Notes: generated from the sequence alone by a model not told the origin. A DNA stretch of 63,148 bases, filler included, from Rhabdomonas costata (GCA_019059605.1; 28 parts of 28 records of this genome joined end to end with filler, not necessarily neighbours in it), one strand, 5' to 3'; shown: positions 37,667 to 50,536, counted from the whole stretch's first letter. A program made the numbers and translations.

Positions 37667-38986
37667 CTACAATGATACACCCCCCGGGGGTGTGTTTTCA
37701 GGGGGAAATAGTAAAACTGGGGCGTTCACCTGCAGCCCGTACCCACCATATGCGGGGTCCGGCTGTACTGTGAGGCACCGGATTGTGGCATACTGTCTCG
37801 CCTATTGGTGTTTCGAATGGTAATCACTTCGAGCCTTTGGCCAAATCGGTACAGTGCTTCATTGGGATAGATTTACGACGGCGGGCAAGGGGTTCACCGA
37901 GGCTGACCAAAGTCCGGCGCACTTCGGGGACCTCCACAAGTGCGGTATCACAAGTTCAGCTTCGTGGCCGGTTTTCAGCATGTGCTCCCAGCATCTTCAG
38001 ACAGGGAAGAGAACAAATCGCATAGGCTGAAAATGAAACGCAAATGCGTTCTGCTGAGTGATTGTTGGGAAAAAATCCGGCCTCTGTTTTCTGTACAGGG
38101 GGCAGGCAGCCACTGAGTCGCCGCCCACCTTCCCACCTTCCCACCTACTGGGTACCCATGCAGACCCACAAGAGTAACCTCGCCCCGGAAAAGAACACAA
38201 ACTCAGCTGCAGGATGCGAAAGCCACCACCAAAGGAAAACACACCCAAGAAGGGTGGGCCGCTGCGCCAGAAAGTACCCACCCCCCCACNNNNNNNNNNN
38301 NNNNNNNNNNNNNNNNNNNNNNNNNNNNNNNNNTTAATTAATTAANNNNNNNNNNNNNNNNNNNNNNNNNNNNNNNNNNNNNNNNNNNNGGTGTTTGGTG
38401 TGGGGTGGTTACGTTGCGTGGGTCTTCGGGTGGTCTTGGTGAATTCTCGCGCTGGTTTATGGGTTTCATCTGTCGTGGTTTCTGTGGTGCCTTGTTCTCT
38501 CTTGGGGTGTTGGGTGGGTTCTACAGGTTTATCAGGCGTACTTGGTGTATGTTGCGTTATCTGGCCTTCTGGTTCCTCTCGCGTACGGTGAGCTCTTGAT
38601 GACATTCGGGGTTGGGTTCTGTCTTCGGTCTTCGAGTCTTTGGGTTGGCGTCTCCGGTGGGTGGGTTGCTGACTTCAGATAGCGGTATCTGTCGTCGTGG
38701 GTTTCGGGGCTGGCATTCTGGGTTCTGGAGTGTGGAGGCCTCCATGTTTTCTTGGCCTCCGCATACTCCGCGATGCCACGGTCGCCATTGGTACGTCCAC
38801 TGAACCCATGATGAGGGTATTCGCTGTGGCTACGCCCGGACGAAACGAACGAAGGGAGTGATGTGACATTTATATAAGAAAGATGCTGGTCGTTCCTGTC
38901 GCTTCGTTCCCTCCACTCCAAGATGTCTTGTTCCATTTCACTACTCTTGACAAAACAACAAGGACATAGGAAAAGTCAACGGACAC

Positions 38987-39922
38987 GCGGGGGCCACACT
39001 TTCCCGTCGAGGCGTTCAGGTTTGCCAGAACCGCCCGGGCAAGGTGCAACGTAACGGTGGCATCCTTTCCACCGTTGAAGGAAACGTAGATTCGGTCGTG
39101 AGAGTAAAGCCGGTAGGCCGCCGTCAATGCTTGAATAGCAACCTGTTGTGAGGCAAACCAAGTCTACGGGATGGCAACCCTCTTAAAGAGCATAATAAAA
39201 ATATCGGGTTCAGGGTTGTCAACCGGAACGAAAAGGAAAAAGAATGCCCCAAAAGAAAAATCGAGGTGGGGGAAGCAGGGCGAAGGAGGAGTGCCAGCCG
39301 AAACGCTATTTGACGCCATCTGCACCAACTGTCACCAACTGACGGCATTTGAACCTCTACACAACATAGCCACAACACCACAGAGATGCAGGCGCTTGGG
39401 TGGTCCTGCTCGGCAGGCAAAAATTCACGCTCCAGACTTTCATTCCCGTCACAGAGGCTGCTTTCAACCTTGCTGTCTTGGGACCTGTTGGCTTCTTTCA
39501 GGGGTGAAATTTGAAGCTTAAAGTCGGCAACGCAGGATAAATCATGGTAAACCATCTAATTCTGAACAACTCAGGAAAACTCGTCCGAAACGTCCTTGTG
39601 TACCAGGTCCAATACAGCAAGTCTGGTGAAGTGAGCAATTCAGCGACTCAAAGAAAAAGCGAAAAACCTTCACGGGTTGCCTGAGTTCCTCCGGCACCTC
39701 GGGCGATGTCAGCCTGCGGTAAAGAAGCAAATCATCGTGTACAGTCTGGAGATCGTGACGCCCCGTGCTGAAGCTCATTCGCAGGGATGGTCGAGGAACA
39801 GCTCCCCACTCAGGCCAGGACCGAGCCAAAGGCACCGCACGAGACGACAACGGCTGGCTGTGTAACCAACGGCCAGCAACAAACGATAACTTTCGATAGC
39901 AACTATGCCAAATTGATGCCAT
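38987..39922 (-). CDS. FLAD1: FAD synthase (PAPS-reductase fold) with putative mitochondrial presequence, exons 39922-39668 and 39142-38987
   Basis: AIQALTAAYRLYSHDRIYVSFNGGKDATVTLHL contains the SFNGGKD PP-loop. R/S-rich N-terminus. Confidence 0.85.
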
Positions 39923-40789
39923 TGAAAAAATCAGAAGAAACGCCTTTACGCAGAGGAGAAAAGGAGAGACATTTTTAGCCCTTTTCGTTGTTCAACAGCA
40001 CCCACAACAAAAGGAAGTTGCCTGTGAGTTGGCCGCGGTCCCTCCCTCCTAGCGTGTGTTCTATTTCGCTGACAGTCGGTTCGGCGGTGCTTGCAACCAG
40101 CCCTACAACCAAAAGCACACAAGCGCCAACAAGGAGGCCCGCAGTCAGAAACCCGCAACAGCAGGGCGACCTCTGAGTTGAGGCCTTTCAACCATCGATG
40201 GAACTTGTATGCTCCTTCCTTCTGTGTATTAGACTTGTTGTTGCCTTGATGGTTATCCTTCCGGCTACCAAAAGGCCTTCACTCTCTGACCACGCATTCA
40301 CTCAACGCATCTGACATCTGACACATGGGCTTGCGTGGTTCTTGGCTTCGAGAAGAAAAACGAAATTCAGAGAGGCACACAGGAAGAACTTTCGCAGAAG
40401 ACTCACGAAAACAACATCGGGCAGAGCAGTACACAGGATGTTATAAAGAATTACGTTTGTCAAGTTTAAGGTTCTTCACCTTGATTTTCGAATTCAATTT
40501 TTGAACATTCAGTTGAAAACATGAAAAATATGGAGGAGCGCCACAACNNNNNNNNNNNNNNNNNNNNNNNNNNNNNNNNNNNNNNNNNNNNTTAATTAAT
40601 TAANNNNNNNNNNNNNNNNNNNNNNNNNNNNNNNNNNNNNNNNNNNNGGTTGGTTGGTCGTGAGTGCTGCCGGGTGCCTGTGGTGTTGTGTGTGTGCATG
40701 CGTGTGTGATATCTCGACGTGCAATGTGCCCGAAACTTGCTTTGCGTTGCGCTGCTTATAGGGTCTGGGTGGGCGTTTTGCTTCCACAG

Positions 40790-41693
40790 GTGCAGGGAGG
40801 TGACCCCACAGGGACGGGTCGAGGCGGGGAGTCGCTGTGGAGTGGGCCCTTTCCAAGCGAAATCGCAGAGGACCTCTCCCACAATCGCGGTTCTCTCGCC
40901 CCCCTCCCCCTCCTTCCATCCCAACTCTGGCTCTGCGCGTTTGAAATCTTGCGAGCTACTTGACTGATGTTGTTATGGGAACTCACCTCTGTTGCTAACG
41001 GTGGCGCGTTCGTAGGCGTCCCCTGACTAGTGTCCGCCCCTCCCAAACCCCTCACACAGCCACTAACTCCGCTCCAGCTTGTTATGAGACTCCTTTGCTT
41101 GCGTGGTATGCGCGGCGCCATGCAAGCTCATACAATGCATTGTGCGATGGTGGGCGACCCTTTGGATTTTCCCGTCTGCACGTTCTCTCAGCGGGCGTTC
41201 TGAGCATGGCCAACGCAGGCAAGGATCTCAACAAGTCACAGTTGTATGCCATATTGGGGCTGTTTTCTTGTGCAATTTTAACTACTTCCCTGTTCCTTTT
41301 TTTTGTTCTCCTTCGAAGCGCTCTGTGGTATGAAGCTTTGGGGAATAGAATGTCTTTTTGCGTGCGCTCTGGACTCTGGATTCAGACGCCAGAATTCCGC
41401 AGAAAGCTGAAGCAAGCTGTTGAGAGCAAAAAGGATGTTCACTTTCAGCCATTGGTGGGCATAATTGGTGTTGGATTTGGTGCCGCCTATTTTGTCTATC
41501 GCTTTTGGTGTTAGACTTCCTCTTGTAGCACATACTGTTTCACATCCATTTCCCTTTTCTTGACAGCTTTATCACTTTCGGGGCCTGTGCCCAGCTGGAT
41601 GGTAAGCACCCAATATTTGGGCAGCTCGTGGGAGGGGCTAAGGTCCTTAAGGACATCGAGGGGGTGCCTACCAATGAGCTGAACCAGCCGAAG
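40790..41693 (+). CDS. Cyclophilin-type PPIase (PPIL2-like), exons 40790-40889, 41192-41243, 41567-41693
   Basis: VQGGDPTGTGRGGESLW...LSHNRA|GVLSMANAGKDLNKSQF|FITFGACAQLDGKHPIFGQLVGG. Confidence 0.92.
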
Positions 41694-41873
41694 GTATCCC
41701 ATCGGCTACACTTTGCCCTATTCAGTTTGGCTTCATTCACGAGTCCTTTTATGTACAACGGCTGGCGCGTTGAATAGTGACCCTTCAGCCAATGGAATTA
41801 CCTTGTGTGTTCACGTTCATGCATTCCACAACCTTCTCAGAAGCAAATGCTAGAAGTGGTGCGTTTTCCGCGC

Positions 41874-42805
41874 TTTTCAGGTTCCGATCACAATCTTGAA
41901 GGCTGTGGTTCATGCAAACCCCTTTCAGGAGCTTGCAGACAAAGGTCTCACATAATCTCTGTGTTTTTGTTTGTGTGAGCAGCCTTCATTTCTAGTTCCT
42001 CACGAGACAATTGTGTTTTTCAGGGGTGGTTTAAACCTAGTGGTATGGGCCCCCTGTTTGCTTGTGCACCTTTGGTAAAATCCCTCCCACAATTTGGATG
42101 AAAGAAATCGATCATGATATGCGATCGGAACCAGAATGTCAGATTTGTGAATCGGGTCTTTGCGTACGCGTTTGGATGGTTTCAATTTTTCATTGGGGTT
42201 TCACTGGGGTCTTTATTGGGGGTATCCAGTGAAAGGCAAGGGCGTGGACATTGCACCCGAGCAGAATCCGTATCTGCAGCACCACTTTAAGTGAATATCG
42301 GGGCCCGCTGCTGTTCACGGTCTTCGGGCGCGTTTCCAGCAGACGTGGCCTCGCCCACGTGTACTATTCTGCCTGCTTTGCAGCCTGTGCTGACGCCGGA
42401 AGTGGTGGTGCTTGTGTGCCTAATAGTGTTGAAGAGTGCCACTGTGCATCGCACTTCTGACATTTTATGCAGAGCACCGCGTTGTGATTCGATCTGTATT
42501 AATGGCACCATCTCTCCTGCCTTGGCCTGATAGCTTATGGCTTTAGCTCGTTAATAATGAAAATCCCGGAAACTTGTACACTCAAGACCACAGGTGGTGG
42601 GCGGTGCAGATTTGGGTGGGGTGAAGGGCCTCGCTATCATGAAGTCCGTTCCGAAGTTTGTTGCATAGCGATTGCTTCTAGAAGTATAAATGAAGGCTGC
42701 TCACACAAACAAAAACACAGAGATTATGTGAGACCTTTGTCTGCAAGCTCCTGAAAGGGGTTTGCATGAACCACAGCCTTCAAGATGGTGATCGGAACCT
42801 GAAAA
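41874..42805. repeat. 118-bp inverted repeat pair (41874-41991 / 42688-42805) around ~700 bp
   Basis: The arms are reverse complements with one mismatch. The right arm runs to the contig end. Confidence 0.9.
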
Positions 42806-43035
42806 NNNNNNNNNNNNNNNNNNNNNNNNNNNNNNNNNNNNNNNNNNNNTTAATTAATTAANNNNNNNNNNNNNNNNNNNNNNNNNNNNNNNNNNNNNNN
42901 NNNNNTTTTTGTGTGTATATACACCGAGGCCAGTTCTTCACTGGTCAAAACGGTCAAAACGGCAACTGTAACCTCTTAGCCCAGATGAAGACATACATGC
43001 TCTCTGTGGCGAGGGGAAGGCGGCCGCGACCGCAG

Positions 43036-44705
43036 CAGAGGGGGAGAATGGGGAGGTGCGGCCCGTGGTCATTGCGAAGCTGACGCGGTACAGTGCCAGT
43101 GGGGCCCCGGTGACGGTGGGGCCGTACAATGGGCGGTGGGCCCACGCCACGGAGGTCGCGCTGGGGCGCCGGCAGGTCGCAGACTTCATGTGGAACTTCC
43201 CGGTGTGAGTGTCTGTTTGTGTTTGTGGTGTGGCATAATAATAAGGAACCCTGTCTCGAGCCGTGACTCGTGACTCGGGACAGAAACAGAGGATGGGGTG
43301 TCGGCTTTTCCCATGATGAGGTTCGGTATGAGAATCGTCAGAAACGAACGTTCGTGTTGTTATTTTTTTTTGAAATGTTGTCCTGGGACTTCGAACGTTG
43401 GCCCTGCTCTCGGAGGAAACGCAAATTTCTGAAAGATACACACAGAGGAGGAGAAAGAGGAGAGCGTGCGCCAAAAATAAAGTCATCCCCCCAACCTAAC
43501 CGCCGAAGTCACACAATCACCTGTCACCTGTCGGCTGTTTTCTTTCATTTTTTTTTGTGGGGGGGGATACTGGGGTGCTCAGGTGGTTATCCGAAGAGAG
43601 GCGTTTGCCGCGGTGCGGAACTACATTGCAGCGCGGTTTAATTCCACCTTTGAGGAGGGTGTGTGATATGTGACCTTTGCTGTTTTTGCTCTCTTTGCTG
43701 CTCTCTGGGGGACCTAGGCTCTTCACATGGCCTCCCTACCTGTCAATGGACTCTTGGGAACAATTCGTTTGTCCTCTCAACCTTTGTCTCGCGAAGAGCG
43801 AAGAGAATTATCACATGGAACCCTTTCCAGTTTCATTATGTTCGTCTTCGCAGACCAACCAGGCCAAAACGTTTTGCCTCCAGCCCACCCACCAGGCAGA
43901 GACCCGTCGTGCGCGTGGTCACCATATGTGTGTGCATGTGGTCAATGCAGCGTTTCGGAAGATCGCCTTGGCCAAGGGCTCCTACTGCCAGATCAATATC
44001 ATCCTCACCTACGAATGGTACTTCAGCCACAAGTACTACAAGTGGCACATCCAGTCTGGTGAGCCACCCCCATCCCTCCATCGCGCCACTGGGGACGCAT
44101 TTACGTCCCGTCTGCATTTGCCTTTTTTTATGTGCGCAATGTGCTCCTTTACCTGGGAGCAATAGCCTCTTCTCCACTACGTCAGGCAGGAGACCTGCAT
44201 GCACTCGTTGCTTTGGCCTTTTTTGTTGCTTTGATTCTGATTTCTTTTGCGTTACTGTTTCGTCCGAGGCTGTGGTACGCAACTGAATCTACTAACAATG
44301 ATAATCAAGGACTCCTCACACTCCTTGTTGTTCCACGAGAAAGAGGTGGCAGAGAGAGAGTAGTGATACCCCACAAGCAGCAATTACTACTCGCCGCACA
44401 GCCTCAGCTAACCGAAGAGGAAGGGCCGCTCTCTCCCAGCTCTCGCGGGCCCCCGACCTCTTGCGCCACCACTCTTCAGCGTTCCCACCCCGAAGGGAAG
44501 AGTTTGTATCGAAAGAATATGTTTGTATCGGCTGAATTGGGAATGACGAAATAATAAATGGTGGTAATGCCCAACGGGGGTGGCGGCTGCAGTGTTTGGC
44601 GCGGAGCCCCAGTTCACCAACGGCACGTACAACACCCCCAAGGCCCGCGCCGCTACCCACGCCCGTGGGCTGACGTCGTACGACATTTACGCCTACCTCC
44701 GACAG
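43036..44705 (+). CDS. Hypothetical multi-exon protein (exons ~43036-43203, 43951-44058, 44593-44705)
   Basis: GC3-rich open segments bounded by AG and GT (or GC). The last two join in phase (KWHIQS|VFGAEPQFTNG). No family recognised. Confidence 0.5.
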
Positions 44706-45210
44706 GCACTCCTCCCGACTCCTCCTCTTCCCTCCTTTCTGACTGAAAACTTCCCTATGTTCCAAAGTGTCGCGGTGGAACTGCGGAGTCAGAAACCTGC
44801 ACCGCAGGGCAAGTGTCGCGCTTTTTTGTGGGTGGGTCAGGGGGGTGGTCTTCCGCAGCCTGGATTTTAGGTTTTCAGTGTGGGAAGATGGTAAAAGAAA
44901 AAACATGGGCAATTTGCGGGGGTGGATGGGATGAGATGGTAGCCTGGAAGGTTGCCATCGGATGGGGGCGGGTGACCCCAGGGTTACTGTGTGGCCTGTG
45001 CGGTGCTGGGGAACTGTGCGGACGGGGCCAGCACAGAGCAGGCCAGGCAGCTCACCGGGGTGCNNNNNNNNNNNNNNNNNNNNNNNNNNNNNNNNNNNNN
45101 NNNNNNNTTAATTAATTAANNNNNNNNNNNNNNNNNNNNNNNNNNNNNNNNNNNNNNNNNNNNGTGTTGGGTGGGGTGGGGGTGGTGTTGGAGGGGTACG
45201 GCAGGCCCAC

Positions 45211-45320
45211 CAGGAGCTCCATCGTGGAGGGCTCGTTCAAATTCTGTGTATCCGCGTAATCCGCGACGCTGTCGAGGCTGCTCTGGAGAATCTGCGCATC
45301 GTCGACCTTGTACACCAGCC
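45211..45320 (-). CDS. Myosin head N-terminal exon
   Basis: AG/GT-bounded exon LVYKVDDAQILQSSLDSVADYADTQNLNEPSTMELL, cf. the myosin motif V.D...L..LNEPS.L..L. Confidence 0.55.
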
Positions 45321-45577
45321 CTGTGGTTGACAGGATGGGTCGATATTTATTGGAGTTGTCTGCTGAAGACCAGGAGACTTCAGATGAGATACCTCGGGGA
45401 AAGTCGACAGGAAGGGATCACAGGCATCCCAATTTGTATGGAGTTCTTTCTGTTACCTTCGAGGGCAAGAGGGACCATTGAAATGCGCTTAACGGTTTCC
45501 CCCGTTTCCAGCGCTTCCAGGAGAAAGGGAATGGTGTTTCTCCGATACCACCGCAGCAATCGAAGAGCTCAAAATGT

Positions 45578-47248
45578 GCTCAAAATGTTACCCGGCAACC
45601 CAAAAGAAGGATGTTCGAGGTCCTGGAAATGGAAGGTGGAAAAAGGAAAAGGGAGAATGCAGTAAGAGTTCCGCAAGGATACAGAAAGCTGACTGGGTGC
45701 GAGACAGAGGAATATCTCCCAGCGAATGCCTGGGGTCACTACAGTGTAATCATTTTTTCGGCGAAGCCCGGGGGGTAGTTGGAGGGAACGCCGGAATACA
45801 GCGCTTCTCTCTGCTACTTTTGCAATGCTGCTGATCAGATATTCGTCCGAGGCGCACACCTCTCTTTCTGGCTCTTCCTATGGCGAGCCCCAGTGCATGG
45901 GCCTGGAAGGTGCCGCAGCCCTTCAACGGGGATTCAACGGGGTTGTCTCCTACCAGACGGTGCCCCTGCCAAGGAAGTACTTGTATCCTCCACTCTGCGG
46001 CTGACAGGGCCCCGATCTCGGGCGACCTCGCTCAGCACCAGGCCGTCTGGGAATCTGAAGCATTCCGTTTCCCAAAGTCGAGTCAGCATGCTGTTGTGTG
46101 CCTTGGGCGCTTGGCAGAGGACATACCTTCCTCAGAAACGCCCTTTTCGAGGTCTGCACCTTCGCAGGTCTGGCTGTTGAGAAGGCAGCGGCTTCCGCAG
46201 CACCCAGAAAGCAGGCCCCCCGACTTGCCACTTCGCCACTGGCACCCATCATGATCTAGCCCTTGACTTGACGATCCATTCCTCCATTCCTTCAACCACC
46301 TCCCGCCTCCAGAAGGCGTCCGCACACAAGGACTGCCTCCCGCAAAGCTCTGTGCAGAGGCGGGCTGGTCCTTCCAGTCCTTCCCCGCAGCCACTTATGG
46401 GGCATTTCACACCGACAGCCGCCGCCTTGTTAGCCGTGTGATCGCGCAAGCGGTTACGATCAACCGGTTCCCGGACAAGACCCGCGTCTCCTCTGGAAAT
46501 TGGCGGGCTGCGTCCACCGCGGCAATGGGGCGGACGGCGCGTCAGTTCGCCGAGATGGTGGAGTACGAGTCCCCGTTAGGGTTTCAATTGCAGGTGCTTG
46601 ACAACCTCGCCCGAGGGCCAGCAAGCAGAAGCAGCGACCATGACGACGTGGCACTTCTCGACGAGGAGACCGATGACCGCGACGCGGAGGACATGGGCAA
46701 GTCATCCTCCCCCCATTAGCTTAGTCCTCTCGCCGCCTCGGACGCCTCTTCGGGGGAGGTTCCTGTGCACCCACCGCGTCCCTTGGAGGGAGACATGGAA
46801 CAGGACGAGCAGGAGAGCGCCTGCACGGAGAGCTCGGACAGTGATAGTCCAGAGCACCCAGATGGTGCGGATCCAGGTACGGCCGCACAGCGGCTGCCCG
46901 CATTCGTAGAGGCGCCGCAGCATCATTTCCATAAGGGAAGTAAAACAGGACAATGTATCCTCCTTCCTGACGGGTATTTTGGTGGCGGCCCTTTCCTCCT
47001 TCCAGGTGGGACTTTCTCCGGGCGAGCTCCCCCCCCCCCACACACAGGCTGCGGCTCGCATTGTTCTTGTTTGCGACCTTTCTTTCTAAAGGGCTCAAAT
47101 GTTACCCGGCAACCCAAAAGAAGGATGTCCGAGGTCCTGGAAGTGGATGGTGGAAAAAAGGAAAAGGGAGAATGCAGTAAGAGTGCCGCAAGGATACGGA
47201 AAGCTGACTGGGTGCGAGACAGAGGAACATCTCCCAGCAAATGCCTGG
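45578..47248 (+). repeat. ~156-bp direct repeats (45578-45733, 47093-47248) flanking ~1.36 kb
   Basis: About 9 differences by manual alignment. Confidence 0.9.
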
Positions 47249-47420
47249 AGTCTTGCAAAACAGAGCGCACGACATATGTGGCACTCTTACTGCATTCTCC
47301 CTTTTCCTTTTTTCCACCACNNNNNNNNNNNNNNNNNNNNNNNNNNNNNNNNNNNNNNNNNNNNTTAATTAATTAANNNNNNNNNNNNNNNNNNNNNNNN
47401 NNNNNNNNNNNNNNNNNNNN

Positions 47421-48300
47421 CCTAACGCATTGCCCTGATGCTAAGGGTAGGAATAGCGTACCATTAGCGTATCCCTGCATCCCTTACTGCATCAACCACA
47501 CCATTACCCTGTGAGAGGTTGGGTTGGGTGTCGAGGCATCGGATACGCTCAACATCAGCATCGGTATCAGCATAGGCATTGCACCCTAGCATCAACGTTA
47601 GCCTCTGCCTTACGCATCGACCCTTCACTCCAACTCCTTACCTCTTCCATGGGTTGGTGCGTAGGGTAGTGGAGGGTAATGCGTAGCGTCAATGCACTAG
47701 GCATACACAACCACCATCAACGCAACCACCAAGGCACCATCGTGTTAGGGTTCGGGTGTCGGAGTGTGAGCAATGGCAGCATGCACTACCACTACCGGTA
47801 ACTCTGACGCCTCAACCACCAACATCGATGGCATGATTCGGGTACTGTGGTGTGAGTAGTGTAAGCGTTGCATCCTACGCTACCGGTTACCACTTACCTC
47901 AACCATGAGCCTATCATGTGGGTTGGGTGGTGCCCTGACGTTCCACCAACAGGAGGCGTGACAGCATCGACACCATCAGCATACCAACATGCTAACCTTA
48001 TGTGTGGTGTTACTGGGTTGTTACGCCCACTCCACTACATGGGTTAGATGCTGATACCACTGTAGGTACCAACACTGCCAACGACCACCACAGATAGGGT
48101 AATGCTTCGGGTGTAGGGTTGGATGTTACTCCTACGCCTAAACCTTACGCGCTACCACTACCCTTACAACATACATGCGTATACACTACTAATAGGGTAA
48201 CTGAGCCCCTACGTTGGGATACACACACGTACATTGTGGTGTAGTGTCTCTGGCTGCATGGGGTCATGAACGTGTGACAACCTGTGAGGTACGTCCATGA
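47421..48300. repeat. Degenerate telomere-like hexamer satellite with orientation switches
   Basis: Runs such as gttagggttcgggtgtcggagt, gggtgtagggttgg and cctacgcctaaaccttacgcgctacc. No ORF of 60 aa or more in ~900 bp. Confidence 0.55.
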
Positions 48301-50170
48301 CTCGCCCCATGCCAACGCGATATCACCTCAGTGTGTGAAGTTGAGCAACCTGTGCCGATCCTCCACCACCTTAGCTCCATCGTTACCAGTGGCCTTCATC
48401 CGTGGTTTACCAGCGTGCGTTGCCAGGCGTACCTGATCGACCCGTTCAGTCCAGCGCGGTCACCTCAACTTCTCATGCGGAACATATTCTACGCATGGTA
48501 CTGGGGCCTGAGCTGCTGTCTGTGATCTATGCACTCGGATGGTAATGTGTATTCGGTGGCTAGACAATAACTCCTCTCGTAGAGGTATGTGAGACGAAGG
48601 ACCATGACGAATGATAGAACCCCTGAATCCCTGGGAAGGCCACACAACGCAAGATACCGGAGAGATGGTAAAGGCATGGTTGACAGAGACACGAAAGCGA
48701 AACCCAAGGCATACACTCGAACCCATGAAATCCTCGACTCGGAGACACGAACCCAGAACCCGAAACGCCGACCAACCCAATGCGAAACGAACCCCAATGA
48801 CACCAAGAATGCCTACACAACACTAGAACCAGCGAAATGGGAAAGTGCCTACTAAATCCGTTCATCACTACGTCACTGGAATAGGCGTTCCACCCCCTAA
48901 ACCACGGTGATACTTCCGGTCTGGGTTCGTACGAATACGGGGGTTACGCCAGTGCCCACTGCTCCTTCTACTTTAATGCGCATAGAGTCCCCGAAGCGAC
49001 CGAGAGAGACCGAAACCAGGATAGCCGATACCAAGAGAGCCTGTGTTCCAAGACCGAATGCCGAATACCTGAAGACCGAACCCCGACACCGAATACCCGA
49101 CTCACCGAAATCCCCGACTCGCAGACACAAACACAGAAGGCCAAGACCAAACCCCTAACCCCAGACTTCGAACCTCCGAAGAGGAAAGCGAAATCGAAAC
49201 CCGAAACCTTAAAACCTTAACGGAATTCTAAACCCGAAGACCACCCCTACCTGCGGTGCCAGAGACAGAGATGGGCTAAGGGTGCACCCCCTCCCCACCA
49301 TACCCTGACCTAAAGACCGACATGAGTTGGTGTCTCTAAAGGTGGGTATGGGGGTGCAGGAAGGGGTGGGGAGGGGGTGCACGTGGTTCCCGACAAAGGA
49401 CCTCCATGACCCCCTGCCGGGGGCCTTTTGTGTATTTGCAGGTCGTATACGCCCTCGTATGCACTCGGTCGTATACTCCCGAAAAGTAATGGTTCGCTTC
49501 GCTCCCCACCTGACGGTGGTACGCTAGCTCACCTACTCGCTACGCTCGTTCACTCCTGCTATCTTTACGTCCTCAGTCGCTACGCTCCTTCNNNNNNNNN
49601 NNNNNNNNNNNNNNNNNNNNNNNNNNNNNNNNNNNTTAATTAATTAANNNNNNNNNNNNNNNNNNNNNNNNNNNNNNNNNNNNNNNNNNNNGTGGGGTTT
49701 GGCAGCGAGAAGTGGGAGACCAGAGAGGGAGTGAGGAAGCAATCGGTGGGCCCACAAGGCACGAAGGGATGACCGGGCAAGTGGAGAGTGCAGAGAAGTG
49801 AGTTCCAGAGGCATCAGGGACAGAGTGAGGTAACGATGCCTGTCCACCAGAATTGGTGGTCTAAGCCCGGAGTGGGATGGAGGACCCAAACCCACAAGGG
49901 CAATAGCGCCCAAAGGGAAGTGTACAAACGAGGAAGGTTGGGTACCCACAAAGTGATCTCTAAACGCGCCAATCGGGGTTCCCAAGTCCCCGCGTAAACT
50001 GTGGAGTTGGAGTCAGTCAACCCTACGTGACAAGACAGCGGAACAACAAGGTACCATGGGCTGACAGGGTGTGAGGCCCGATGGGCCCATGCCCCATCGA
50101 AAGGTGGGAGCCCAGGGGGGAAGTGGACCTCGAGTCCTCCCCAGAAATAACTCATCCTTGCCAAGTGCAC

Positions 50171-50173
<3 letters not shown>

Positions 50174-50203
<30 letters not shown>
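50174..50203 (+). repeat. (GT)15 microsatellite
   Basis: Read directly from the sequence. Confidence 0.95.
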
Positions 50204-50204
<1 letters not shown>

Positions 50205-50536
50205 TTTTCATCGCACAAACATACACAAACGCAAACAAACAGACACACTGCGCCTAGGTCGAAGAAGAAAACCACCTATTTCTGCCCAAAATGTCACCCA
50301 GACGTACGCCCAGGAGCCCAAGAGTGCTTCTTGATGGCACCGAAGTGGGCCGGAATGCTTCGGTTTGCTGCCGCCCCAGAGACCTGTCTGTAAATTCATA
50401 AGGTTGTTTGGTTTCTAGGTATTCTAAGAGCTTCAGCCTTCTTTTTAGCTTCAGGTTTCTGGTGATCATAATAAAGTGTCGGCGAGATTACAGCATTTTT
50501 TGATTGCTCTTGCTTTCTGTCCTCTCGCCTGTGCAG

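Noticed and set aside
41095-41514. 139-aa membrane-like ORF
   Set aside because: It consists of one cyclophilin exon plus intron read-through.
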